Below, piece by piece: positions 17,436-28,804 of a DNA stretch of 64,000 bases (its first letter is position 1; every line of letters starts with the position of its first letter). Position numbers and translations under genes: made by a program. The notes beneath the pieces were generated by a model, which saw only the letters and a program-made list of their open reading frames with translations, ran no database searches and was not told the DNA's origin. Origin of the DNA: Paraspadella gotoi (Eukaryota; Animalia; Chaetognatha); the NCBI GenBank assembly GCA_051294375.1, contig CM119266.1:25255731-25319730 (forward strand). Direction: 5' to 3'.

Positions 17436-18087
17436 GATTTGGAGAGAAAAAGAATTTTTTTATAACAACAATGACTTTTATTATGATTAAACATGTTTCG
17501 ACTTAATTTGCAAATCTTCATCAGTGCTTATTTAATTTTGATAATACATAATTTTTTGTTTCACAAGTAAACAGTGAGAAGGATGGAGGGAAGAGAGAGA
17601 AAAAATAATGTTTCTAACAAAGAAATAAAAAAAGGACAGTGATCAGTTTTGAGGATAGGGTAAGTTTGAGCAGAGAGAGAGAAGGTGGTGAGGAAAAGAA
17701 ATTAAAATTTGGCAGAGAGAGAGAGAGAGAGAGATGCAGAGGTCAACAATTAGATCAATACATTATACATCTATTTATACATTATTCATCTTTCTTTCTC
17801 TCTGCCAAATTTCAATTTCTTTTCCTCACCACCTTCTTTCTCTCTGCTCAAACTTACCCTATCCTCTAAGCTGACCACTGTCATTTTTTAATTCTTTGTT
17901 GGAAACATTTATTTCTCTCTCTCTCTCTCTCTCTTTTCTCTCCATCCCTTTCACTGTTTACTTGTGAAACAAAATTATGTACTATCAAAACTAAATTAGC
18001 ACTGATAAAGACTTGCAAATTAAATCAAAAAAGTATGTTTTAATCATAATAAAAACCATGTTGTTAAATTTTTTTTCTCTAAAAATC
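17436..18087. mobile_element. Inverted pair of Penelope-like pseudo-LTR fragments (foldback, ~300-bp arms) nested in the hAT element
   Basis: Imperfect inverted repeat centred near 17760. Each arm ends in a hammerhead-like motif followed by AATAAA. Confidence 0.6.
17489..17530 (-). ncRNA. Minimal (Penelope-type) hammerhead ribozyme motif, stem I decayed
   Basis: Minus strand reads CTGATGA-A-GATTT-gcaaatt-AAGTC-GAAACATGTT: core CUGAUGA, 5-bp stem II, GAAA, palindromic AACATGTT helix III. A degenerate copy lies at ~18002-18040 on the plus strand. Confidence 0.5.
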
Positions 18088-21000
18088 AAAAAATTGTTTT
18101 CCTTCTATTTTTTTATCATTAACAAAGATTTTAACTCAAAATAAAAAATGACATCTTTGAAAATTCTGAAAAATGTTTATCTTAATTAAAAACAACTATA
18201 TAATGGACTCCAACCCCTGTCACCAAACTTGGTTAAATCTGAATAATATTTTTAGCTATTATTTTATTTTACAAAATTATTTTGTTTTTCATTGAAAATA
18301 TTCTAAAAATATTTGGGCTAAAACCAATTGAATTTCAATGTTGAGCAAATTAAAGTTTTATATTTGATAAAGATTTTGTTTAAAAATTAATACCGAGAAA
18401 ATATCCTATTTTGTATTTTTTTTAATTTTAAATTTAATTTAATATTATTTGGTTTAAATTATTGAAGAAAATATTTCCCTTTTAAATCTTAGCAAATTAG
18501 ATCATAAGTTTGTCAGTTATATCTTAGTTTTAAAGCTCCTTTCCTCAATTAAAAATTGCCTACTTTTATTCAGTTAACTACTAGTTAAACCAAAAAATTG
18601 TCTATTACTTATTAGAAAAAAATTTTGCCTAAGTTCACCCCTTATGTTAGACCAACTACTTTCATGAATAAATCCTTCGGTTTTGATACAAGGTGACCAA
18701 TCTTTTGAAACTTTGGCAACCATAAGTTTTGGGATAAATTTTGTTTCCTTAAATGATGCCAATCCAAAAAAAGTCCCATTCCAAGGGAATTTGATAGATA
18801 TAGAGTGGTGAATATCCACATTAAAGAAAAATGAAACAAGTGATATTGTCCACGTTACCGCAAATGAATATCCTGCGAAAGATTTTATAGACAGGTTAGA
18901 TTCATAACCAGACAAAAAAAATAGAAGGTTTTTCAGCTCCGGAATTGTAAAAATTCGCAGAAGAACTAATGGAGTGAAACAGACGATCCAGGGCGACATT
19001 TTTAGAGCCTGAGACCAGACTAGGAGCAAGTAAATGACTACGCCGACGACGCCCTGAACCGATCCGACTAGAACGCTGAGTTTATTGCTTGATGATGTCG
19101 AGGCACGCAACTTGGCAGCTGTCATCGCGAGACTGACCGTGGATAGGGTAAAAGATAAGATAGTTTCAAAGTCTTTGATTGCCCAGCCACACGTTGTAAC
19201 ATATTTTCTTCTTTTTACGGTTTCGTAATAACAATTACATGGTTCCGGTAACTTTTCCAACGTTCTGTTTTTCAAAATGCGATAAAATACAAACTCGGGA
19301 GAATATTCATACTCCAATGAATTTACATACATGTCTCTATTCGAAAGAAAACATTGCTCGGAGGTTCCGCTCGTCCAGGAGACAATGAGCGCACTAGATT
19401 GAATGAGCATTTGGGGAAACGACTCCAGCAATAGATGAAGCAAGTCTAATCTAAACACAAATGATGCTTTTTCTTTCAAAGTGTTCGACTCGAAATTCAC
19501 TTCCAGCTGCTCGTCCAGATAGTGGTCGACATAAAAGACGGCGTTGCTCAAACCCAGAATGCAGCAAAGCGCCGTCGCTAACTTGTGTCGAATGTCTCTG
19601 GTCAGTCGAGGATATAGCCAAGATCCGGTCAGGCGTCGCAAGGCAATGACGCCGGTGATGATGGAATGCGCCGCAATAACCAGGCACATGGCGACGCCGA
19701 TATAGTTCATGATTTTGAATTTGTGGAGGACATATTCCAGCGTCGTCCGAACGTCGGTCCCGATGTCTAGGACGTTCATGACGACGGTGAAAACCAGAGA
19801 AATCAAAACAGGGATCATTTTTTAGCCCCACAATATGATATATAAAATAAGATTATAAAAGCGATGAGCGTCAACACTGCGTTACTGTAACTTTTGAAGC
19901 TTGGCTCGTATTCTCGATTATAAATATAAGTCACTATTTTTATCAAGGTCACAGGAATTTTTTTCAAAGGCACAACTTTGAACAATAGTACTTAGAACTT
20001 ACGTTATCAATCATGATCTGGTGATCGCCGTAGCGTTTCATTTCATATACAGTACTTATATTTTAAAATTCAACTACTAAGGTATCAATTTTTAAATGTT
20101 AACCAATTTTGCGTCAACCAAAAATTCTGAGAAAAAAAAATGTTGATTTTTTCAAAACAATTGTTTTTTTAAAAAAATCGGTCTAAAATAAGATTGTTTT
20201 CTTTCTCCGAAACTGAGAGTTAAAGTAGTGTATTAGTTTTGAAAGAGGATACATAAATATACAGTTTTTTTCATTACTGTTGAAAGAAAAAAATGATATT
20301 AAAAAAAACCATGTCAATGTTACCTTTTATCTTTACTTTTCAAAGTAATTAAACACGGCAATCTGATAAACTGACAGACTGACTTGTGATGATTTTGTCA
20401 TGAGAGTGCTTGAGAGAGAGGGAGAGAATTTGACTGACAAACCTACTTTTTAAATTTAAATATAAATTAATTGAAACAGAGAAACGCCTGTTTGGTAGAA
20501 AATTATAAACAAAGTAGGTCAGTATTTTGATTGGTTGTTGACATCGTTGAAAATATAAATGAATTGAAATGAGGACAGTGGAAAGCACCCAAATAATATC
20601 AATTTACAAAGAACTTCTTCCATTCATTGCCTAACAATTTAATGATGTCTATCTTTTACTTTTAAATTCTCCTAGATCATTACATATCTTATCAAACTCA
20701 TTCCACATCGAACATCACTTTTCCCTCACATTTCGTTACTTTTTCCGGACTCCGAATTTATCCCTACCTACTGCCTGACAGCTCTGGAACGTCAAAATCC
20801 CATTTTTATTAGTTGTAATCTTCAGCTACCATTCCTTTCACCCGCCAACTACGTCAAATGTCATATATTCCCGTCGCACGTCAAGCGACCACACCCTTCC
20901 GCCGGCGAGTTCCGTCAAAAACCATTTAGCTCGCCCGTCATTCACGTCTTAGAGGCGCGTTCTGGCACCTTTCATGGCGTGGAGGTGCCACGTCGCATTA

Positions 21001-21590
21001 GCGCGACACCTGTTCCTATCCTGGTGAGTTCTCCTTTCCTTTCCAGCCCCACCCACAGACCCTCGGTTCTCGGAAGGAAAAGTTAATGAGATTCGTCGCA
21101 GAAGAGGTATAAACATCTTTGCGAGAAAAGGGGAGAATATCGTTAAGATAAGGTGGATACACTGAATATTGTAAAGATACTATAATTGAGTAAAAGTCAA
21201 AAATAGGATTTACGAACTTACTATTTTTCATCTACGAACATGAATATACAGTCATGTCCAAAAAAAAACGGGCCACTTTATGTCAGCCTTTGAAAAATAT
21301 TTAAAAAGTATATTAAAATTTCTTAAAATATAAGGAGTTTGGCATAAATTTTATCAAAATCGGGCTATCCATTTAAAATAAAGTAGTCCACAGCAAAGCT
21401 AAACGTCAATAATTTGTTTCATTTAAAATAATTTTTTTAATGATATTTTATATATGAAATATATTATGAAATATTATGAAATATATTAAAAATTAAAAAA
21501 AATTACAGGGGATATCCGGAGAAATAGCTGGACAGTTGGATTGACCCAAAAGTTATTAAAGTAGAATAGACATTATATATTTTCTTTCTG

Positions 21591-21624
<34 letters not shown>

Positions 21625-21636
21625 GATATATCCCCC

Positions 21637-21702
<66 letters not shown>

Positions 21703-21917
21703 CAAGTGAACACCAAAAAATAGGAATGAAAAACCACACAACAATTTGGAAAGTTATGAAATACACATAATATCGCTAAACTACATGAGGATGAAAAGTT
21801 CATCAGATGAGTACTCCCGATATATATATATATATATATATATATANNNNNNNNNNTCTCTCTCTCTCTCTCTCTGCCTAAACAATCTCCAATCTCCATC
21901 GCTCCCACTCAACTTAT

Positions 21918-24900
21918 TTAAACTAGTGCCGCATCCTTTGCCAACCGATAAAAGGCGGACTCTTCGTCGCGGAGCAAAAGTCTCGGGTCTTCGAACTCGA
22001 CAATTTCGCCGCCGCTCAGCACAATGACTTTGTCGTAGTCGATGATGGTGTTGATGCGGTGAGCGATGGTGATCACTGTGCACCCAACGAACTCTTCTCT
22101 GTTTGGGATAAGAAGTGGTGAGGTGTAGGTTTTTCACTTCCTCTTATACATGTTCATTGTACAATGTACATAAGTTCATATGTACACATGTCCAATTGTC
22201 CATATGTCCATATGTTCAATATAACTATAAATAATTAAATGTGTCTCTTACCGGATAGTGTTTTGAATCAAGGCATCCGTCTCCACGTCTACGGAAGCAG
22301 TTGCTTCGTCCAGAACAAGAATCTGCATTTGAATATTTTAATTGCTTTGGTAGATTTTTTTTTTCATAAATAAGTAACAAACTACAGAACTGGAGTCTTA
22401 CCCTGGAATTCCTCAAGAGCGCCCGTGCCAAACAGACGAGCTGGCGCTGACCGACGGAGAGATTCTCTCCTGCCTCCAAGCACTCGTGATCAAGTCTTTT
22501 GGGCTGATTCATCACAAACTCCTTCAAATGGGCCAACTCCAACGTCGACCAAAGACTCTCGTCATCGTGCAAACAATATGGATCGAGGTTAAACCTTAAA
22601 GTCCCAGAGAATATGACCGGATCCTGCGGGATGATGGAGATCTTTGACCGCAAGTCGTGCAGCCCGAGTTCTCCGGTCTTCAGCCCATCGATGGAGATCG
22701 AGCCGCTTGCCGCTTCCAGGATGCGGAACTGAGCCAACGTGAGACTCGATTTCCCGGCGCCGGTTTTTCCCACGACCCCGATTCTCTGTCCGCCTTTAAT
22801 GATACAATTTAGGTTTTTGAGGACGAGATCGAGATTCTCCCTGTAACGGCAGCTATATTCAGTCAAGCTGACTTCACCCATCACCGGCCATGTGGGATCG
22901 ATTAGTTCTGACGCTTCGTTTTTCCATGCTGCTTCCGTTTCCTTATGCGTATATTCGATCACTCTCTCGACTGATACAAAGTCGTTTTCTAATCGCGAAG
23001 ATGAGATGACAGCGTGTCCGCTTGATAAGATGAGGTTGATAGCATAGGATAAAGTCAACCCAACATTCCCGATCGTATTTGACTCCTCTAGGATGCTGTA
23101 TAGTGCACAGAAGAGCAAGATAAGCGCGGAAAAATTCTCCAGGATGTAGGACATCCACGTTTCCAAACTCCACATTGGAAACGCTACTTCAAGGTTTTCC
23201 GCGACCAAACGGCGACAGTTTCTGAAAAAACGGTTCTGAGCTCTGAAGGCACGAATGTTGGTGATACCCTGAAGAGTCTCTCCCAACAGAGATAATATTG
23301 GAGATCTTGTTTTAGCCTCAAGTCTTCTCAACTGACGCGAGGTTTTGATATAGACGTGCTGGACAACTAGGAAGATGGTCAACACAACTGGTGCAATAGC
23401 CAAGGACCATGGTTGAACAATGATAATTGCGACTAAAGAGGCGATAAAGACCAGCAATTCTGCCATAGTTTCTCCCAAATCTTCAAAAACTTGATGGTCA
23501 ACTACATCCATATCGGAAGAAAATCTATTAATTATTCGGCCATTTGGAGTAGTGTCAAAAAATGCCATGGGATATGTCATAACCTTTTTTGTAAGTTGGT
23601 CATGAAGTCGTTTTGAAGCTTTTGCTGCACCAATCGCCAAAAGCATCCAAGTAATTAACTGACAGATACAAGAAAAAATGCCGAGAACAGCAAAATTTAC
23701 AAATTGGTCCATTTTTATTACTGATGAGGAATTTTTGGTAGCATACTTAAATTTACTGTTTTTAAGCAGTTGGAGTTCATCAGTCAAATAAGATAAATTG
23801 ATCTTTGCTCCAATATCTAAAGCTTGAGTAAAAATAGAAAATAAAAATAAAATTATTGATACAAAGATTCCCATGTTTTTAAAGTAATGTATGTATGTTA
23901 AAATGTTAATACTGCCACGTTCTCCGTCTTCATCTGATACAAGTTTGCCGTCATTGTGATTTCTCTTATTGAGACTGACTTTTTTCCTTTCTTTTTCATT
24001 AATTTCTGCTATATTCGGATATTGATCAATTTTTTTCAAAAACTGGGAGAATAACTGGTTTCTTTTAAAATCATCAAAGCTACCAATTTCTAAGATTTGT
24101 CCATCTTCAAGTGAAATAACTTTGTCCATTGATGGCAAAAAAGTCAAGACATTGGTGACAATAATGCGACTTTTTTTACCCAATATGCCGCTGGAAGAGA
24201 GAACATTGTCAAATATGTGCTTTCCAACGTGTGCATCTACTGCAGAAAGTGGATCATCAAGAAGATATAAATCCTAATCAGAATAGATGGCTCTTGCGAG
24301 TGAGACTCTCAACTTTTGTCCACCAGATAAATTTATACCTCTGTCACCGATTTCGGTGTCATCATAAGCTGGAAAAACTGCCAGATCATCTTCAAGAGCG
24401 CAGGCTTTTATAACTGATTGATACCTGCCCTGCTCAAATTCACCGCCAAACAGGATGTTGTCCTTTAGAGTTCCATTTTGGATCCAAGGTTGTTGAGAAA
24501 CGTAAGCTATACTTTTAGTAATGCAAAGATTTCCAGTCAGTTTGTGCATTTCTCCCAAAAGAGATTTTAAAAGAGCTGTTTTCCCAGACCCGATCGGCCC
24601 AACGATACCTAACATAGTTCCGCATTTCAAATCAAAATTCAATTCTTTGAGAAAAGCTTCTGAATCTTTTGTCCAGGAAAATGAGGCATTTTCTACTTTG
24701 ACATCAATCCCTGGAACCACATCGTGACAGAGTTGGAGCTCTATCTCCTCCTTACCGAGAAAATCATCAAGTCGATTGAAGGAAACAAACATGTGAATGG
24801 AGGCCAGAAGAGCAGCTGGAATTATCCATAAAGGATAACGAATGCTGTTAAGAACTGTTAGAGTAACAAACACTTTTTCCGCCGTTAGAGCATTTTTATC

Positions 24901-27900
24901 TGAAGAAACAATGAATACAGTGAAACATACAATGCTCACTAATATGGGTGACATATTAAATAAACCATTTATGGTACTTTGTTGAAACATTTGATGCTTG
25001 AACAGAGACATCTCTTCTTTTCGGATTTGAGAGACTTTTTCAATAAAAGAATTTTCCCATGTATAAAATTTAATGACTTTGATATTGTTTATAATTTCAC
25101 TCATCATTTTAACTCTTGAATCCTTTACATTCATATGCAGCTCTTGTAATTTCCTCACTTTTGTGCCCAAAATCAAAACTATAGGAATCAGGGCTAAAAA
25201 ACAAGCAATCCCTGCCAAAGACGAAAGGCCGATTTGGCGGTAAATCAAGAAGAAGGAAAAACCAAGGTGGAAAGGAGCGAGAAGAAAGGCACCCATCAAA
25301 AAAATACCCATGTAGCATCTGCGGGCATCAACGCCGACCAAATTAACAATCTTCCCGATAGTTGATGACTGCCGAGCGGCAGCCGTCAATCGAAGACTCT
25401 TTTCATAGACAGCCACGATTATCACGCTCTGCGCTTTAAGGCCCAAAAAGCTTGATTGCCACCAATAAGAAGAATGAACCAGTGATTGGATCAGAGAGAG
25501 AAAGAAGAGCAAAAACGAGTAGAGAAACGCCTTCCAGAGCCATTGATGGTGGACTTGGTCGTCAACATTTTCTTGTTTCTCTGTGACGTGTTTGACAAGC
25601 CATCCAATTACTAAGGGTTTTAAAATTTCCCCAACTACAAACACTGATCGGAAAGCAATGGCCTTTACAATATCAATTTTAAAGCATAAAGATAAGGCTC
25701 CGGGTAAAGATTTGAGAGTTCTTGGGAGCTGGGTTAGCAGTACCTCCTGGTTTTTATTAACTTTTGTAAAGAAATTTTTACGCTCGAAAATTCGGTAAAA
25801 TTTTGTCATTAGATAATCTGTTTTCGTTTTGATAGGAAGTTCATCCATATCTGCTTGGCTCAGCGAATGCTTAAATCCTTTCCACAGCATCGGGTTTAAC
25901 CAAGTGAAGGTCCACCTCGAAGGTACGCTCGCGGCATCGAAACCCGACAATTCTCTGTAGAAAAAAATTATCATTTATATTTTTAAAAATTAAAGAAGCT
26001 AATTTTATTAAGAAAATTAATGTAAAAGAATAGCGGCCAACAACTGTAGTCGGGCAATGCATAAGTTCACACCGCCTATAAGCATGACACTTTCAGTTGT
26101 GACCCGGTGGCCCATTGAGTAAAGCCATCAGCTCTTGAACACTAGCAGCCGGGTTCAATCCAACCAGGTACCTACCCTGTGGGAAGCGTGAGGACTGCCG
26201 TAAACTGCCTTGAGGGCGTAGAAAGCCCCCAAGCCTGGTTTCAAGCCAAGGACACCTTCGATGGCTGCTGAGGGGGCATAGAAGTTACGGATAGTAGCAG
26301 GGGTGGCGAGAGGGGAGGACACCCTCGCCTCAGGCGAGGGGCCCATGAGAAGAGAAAAAAAATAAGAAAAGAAAAGAAGAAAAGAAAAAGAAAGAAGAAA
26401 AAAAAGGAATTCAGTGATTATGAAAAGGTTTAGTCTGTGCAGATTAGTCTAACTGATCAAATTCAGGTTACATCATGCTTGGGGCCCCTTAATACTTTAA
26501 GGGTCAGGTTGGGCCCCTGTTTAAGTCAAATCAAGGCCCAACTGTTTCAGGGATAAAGTCTATTTCACTTTTAATAGGGCCACTAATTCAGTCAAGTTAG
26601 GGCCCTTCTAGAGGTAAAAAACAAACAGTTTAAAAGGTAAGTTCTTATGACTTTGTTTAAAATCAATGAGGGCCCCACAATAATTTATGAGATATTAACC
26701 AAAGCAATGATAGCATACACGATAATCCTTTTCTTTGGGACTTGGGTTATTATTAATTTATATATTTATATATATTATATTATATTTTATCTCTATTGCC
26801 GCTCATGGTTAAAAATAAGCGCTAAATCTCTTCTAGTCAGAAGGTTTAACAAATTTAGACCCCTCGCTCAGACTGGAGGAGAGGCACAATAATTGTGGTT
26901 TAACGAAGTGTCAGTAAAACACCAATGCCAGGTTGCAAGCCTGGAGCAGAAGTTTGAGCACTGGAGAAATTTTCAAGGCAGAAAGTTGGTAATCGAAAAC
27001 TAAAATTATGGAGAGCGGGGGGGCCCGGCCAGTGGGGGGGCCCGCCATTTCTCTCGCCGCCATTTCTCTCTTCAGCCCACTTACCTTTTTTCACATGCTA
27101 TGCAATTTAACATCAGCGCCGCAAATGAAGCTCCAGTGATGACAAAATTTGTCACTGCGATTCTCCTTTCCACCCTTTCAACCGTGAATGGAATCTGCTC
27201 GCTCGTCAAGCGGACGTAATGTTGGAAAGTCAAGAGTTGGCAGAGAAAGTGGATGAACCAAAAGAAGAAGACGACGGTGGCTGCGGGCTCTTTGATTTTC
27301 GACAAATACGTGAGGAGGATGACAAGAAAGAGGCACGCCAGATTCAAGGCACCATCGACAGTGGGTGCGGCGGAGGTAAAAAAGTCCGGAGAAATTCTGG
27401 AGGGTGGTTGGAGGAAGAACCAGATTAATGGAAAGAAAATGAATTAAAACAATTTCAATTGATACCAAAAAGTTTAATAATAGTACTCAAAATTCTCGTT
27501 ACTTTAATTAGGTTCTTGTGAAATAAATAATCCTCAGTTTCTATTATGCCCGAAATAATGAACTTTTCAACCGTTTTTACTCACCTCATTGAGCGGCCAT
27601 CCAGCTTGATCGCAAACTCAGCGATCATAGTTGTCATGACCACCGTGTTTACAAACTGTTTGGCGACAAAAAGAATCTTAGATTTCGTGGATTCTTTCCG
27701 ATTAACGTCGGGGACGTCCCCAGTGAGGGTCAGTAGACGCGGACGGAGGAGCAGGCTGCAAAGAAGGTATAAAGATGGCGCCCAAGCGGGGGCCACATCG
27801 AGGAAGCAGAGAGTCAGGCGGGGATTGTGGGTGTTCCACGAAATGGCGGAATCCCAAAAAGGCGAGTCACCGCAAAAGTCGTCGAAGAAAATTCGAGTTT

Positions 27901-27913
27901 CGTTTTCCGTCAT
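21918..27913 (-). CDS. ABCC: ABC transporter subfamily C, long form (MRP1-like, with TMD0), 5 exons, ~1481 codons, one in-frame TAG at 24274-24276 (possible pseudogene or null allele)
   Basis: Exons 27913-27585, 27396-27085, 25954-22402, 22322-22252, 22098-21918, all GT-AG with compatible phases. N-terminus FCGDSPFWD..WNTHNP..T.CF is typical of MRP1 TMD0. NBD1: GPIGSGKT, LSGGQ, LYLLDDPLSAVDAHVGKHIF. NBD2: GKTGAGKS, LSVGQRQ, ILVLDEATASVD, TIAHRINTI. Confidence 0.93.
26045..27095 (+). mobile_element. Family B element, second copy (ABCC intron 2), interrupted by a nested TIR element
   Basis: 26045-26297 aligns to the reverse complement of 29468-29215. Homology resumes at ~27069 (TCTTCAGCCCAC) and appears to run into the exon-2 donor. 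No clear TSD. Confidence 0.65.
26298..27068. mobile_element. Non-autonomous TIR element (hAT-like ends) nested in the family B copy
   Basis: Left end CAGGGGTGGCGAGAG; right end CTCTCGCCGCCA (truncated, locally duplicated); many GGGCCC subterminal motifs. It splits the family B sequence. Confidence 0.5.
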
Positions 27914-28164
27914 TTTTTATGGATCAACAGAGTGAGTTTAAATCAAATTATCGAAGATTGATTGATCGATGGAAACAGTAGCGATAAGTAAAACGATGAA
28001 AAAATCCGAATAATTGATGAGAAAAACAATTTTAGACCTTGTCGACGTCCGATGTGAAGAATGACGATGTTGGAACGGATAGGGTCGTCATGTCGCTCGC
28101 TTAATTTTGAAGAAATGTTCCAATTCTTTTCTTTATTTTTGTTGTTATTGTTTTTTGTTTGCAA

Positions 28165-28376
28165 TACTTTCCAAAAGCGCCCAGTGTCTGTTACTCATCC
28201 CTGAGTTTAATTTTAAAATGTTTAATCCAATCCTTAATCCTATTCCTTAGCCCTAACCTTATCCATAAATCCAATTCCCAATCCTTGACACTTATCTCTA
28301 TGCTCATCTCCATGCCCTCATTCCCAACTTAAATTATTCAAACCTTAATCTAAATTAAAGGCGCTTTTGAAAAAGA
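28165..28376. mobile_element. Small MITE-like element upstream of ABCC
   Basis: Inverted ends TTTCCAAAAGCGCC / GGCGCTTTTGAAAA around CCTAACC/CCTTAATC-rich repeats. Confidence 0.4.
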
Positions 28377-28804
28377 TTATTATTACCATACTCATCGTTT
28401 TAAAAGTTCAATGTTCGAATCCCAAATTTGGACCAAAAGATAATTCCAGTGGCTGCGCCAATACATATAAATCACTTTCAAGGGCTTAAACTGAACTGTA
28501 AAAATATTTTATAAATCAAAACAATATTATTTTTGTTTAATATTTTAATTATGCTTAAATGCTTTGATCAAGATATACAGGGTTCGGACTTAAAAATATA
28601 AAAAATGATTAATTCCCTCAATAATTTATTCTTAATAATATATCTAAAAAGTTTAGTTTTAACAATTATTTTATTGGTTATTTCACTTTACATTTAGTTC
28701 ATATCAGGTACTCATTTATGAAGTATACCTTCCATCAAACCCTTCCAAAGATGAGTAGATGATTTGAAAAAGTCTTTACATTCTTAATATCACTGTGTAT
28801 TCAA

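Larger units (their letters stand above)
16724..18644. mobile_element. Non-autonomous hAT-superfamily element inserted in the XKR-like coding sequence
   Basis: Perfect 17-bp TIR TAAGGGGTGAACTTAGG / CCTAAGTTCACCCCTTA; 8-bp TSD TGTTAGAC (16716-16723, 18645-18652). No intact transposase. Confidence 0.9.
15585..19818 (-). pseudogene. XK-related (XKR-family) multi-pass membrane protein, intronless, interrupted by a hAT-type insertion and probably a 1-nt homopolymer frameshift
   Basis: ORF 19818-18574 has XK-family-like motifs LDIGTD and LLESFPQMLIQ among hydrophobic helices. Removing 16724-18644 plus one TSD copy joins ...ESSWSN-IGLASIEPCLERPTSGIRIAFKLDF-MTILLY... in frame with ORF 16641-15883 (668 aa total). 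Deleting one T in the T-run near 15960 would extend it into ORF 15959-15585 (~767 aa). Confidence 0.72.

Noticed and set aside
26101-26172. Functional tRNA gene
   Set aside because: Acceptor, anticodon and T stems do not pair properly, the anticodon differs between copies, and it is embedded in a repeat.
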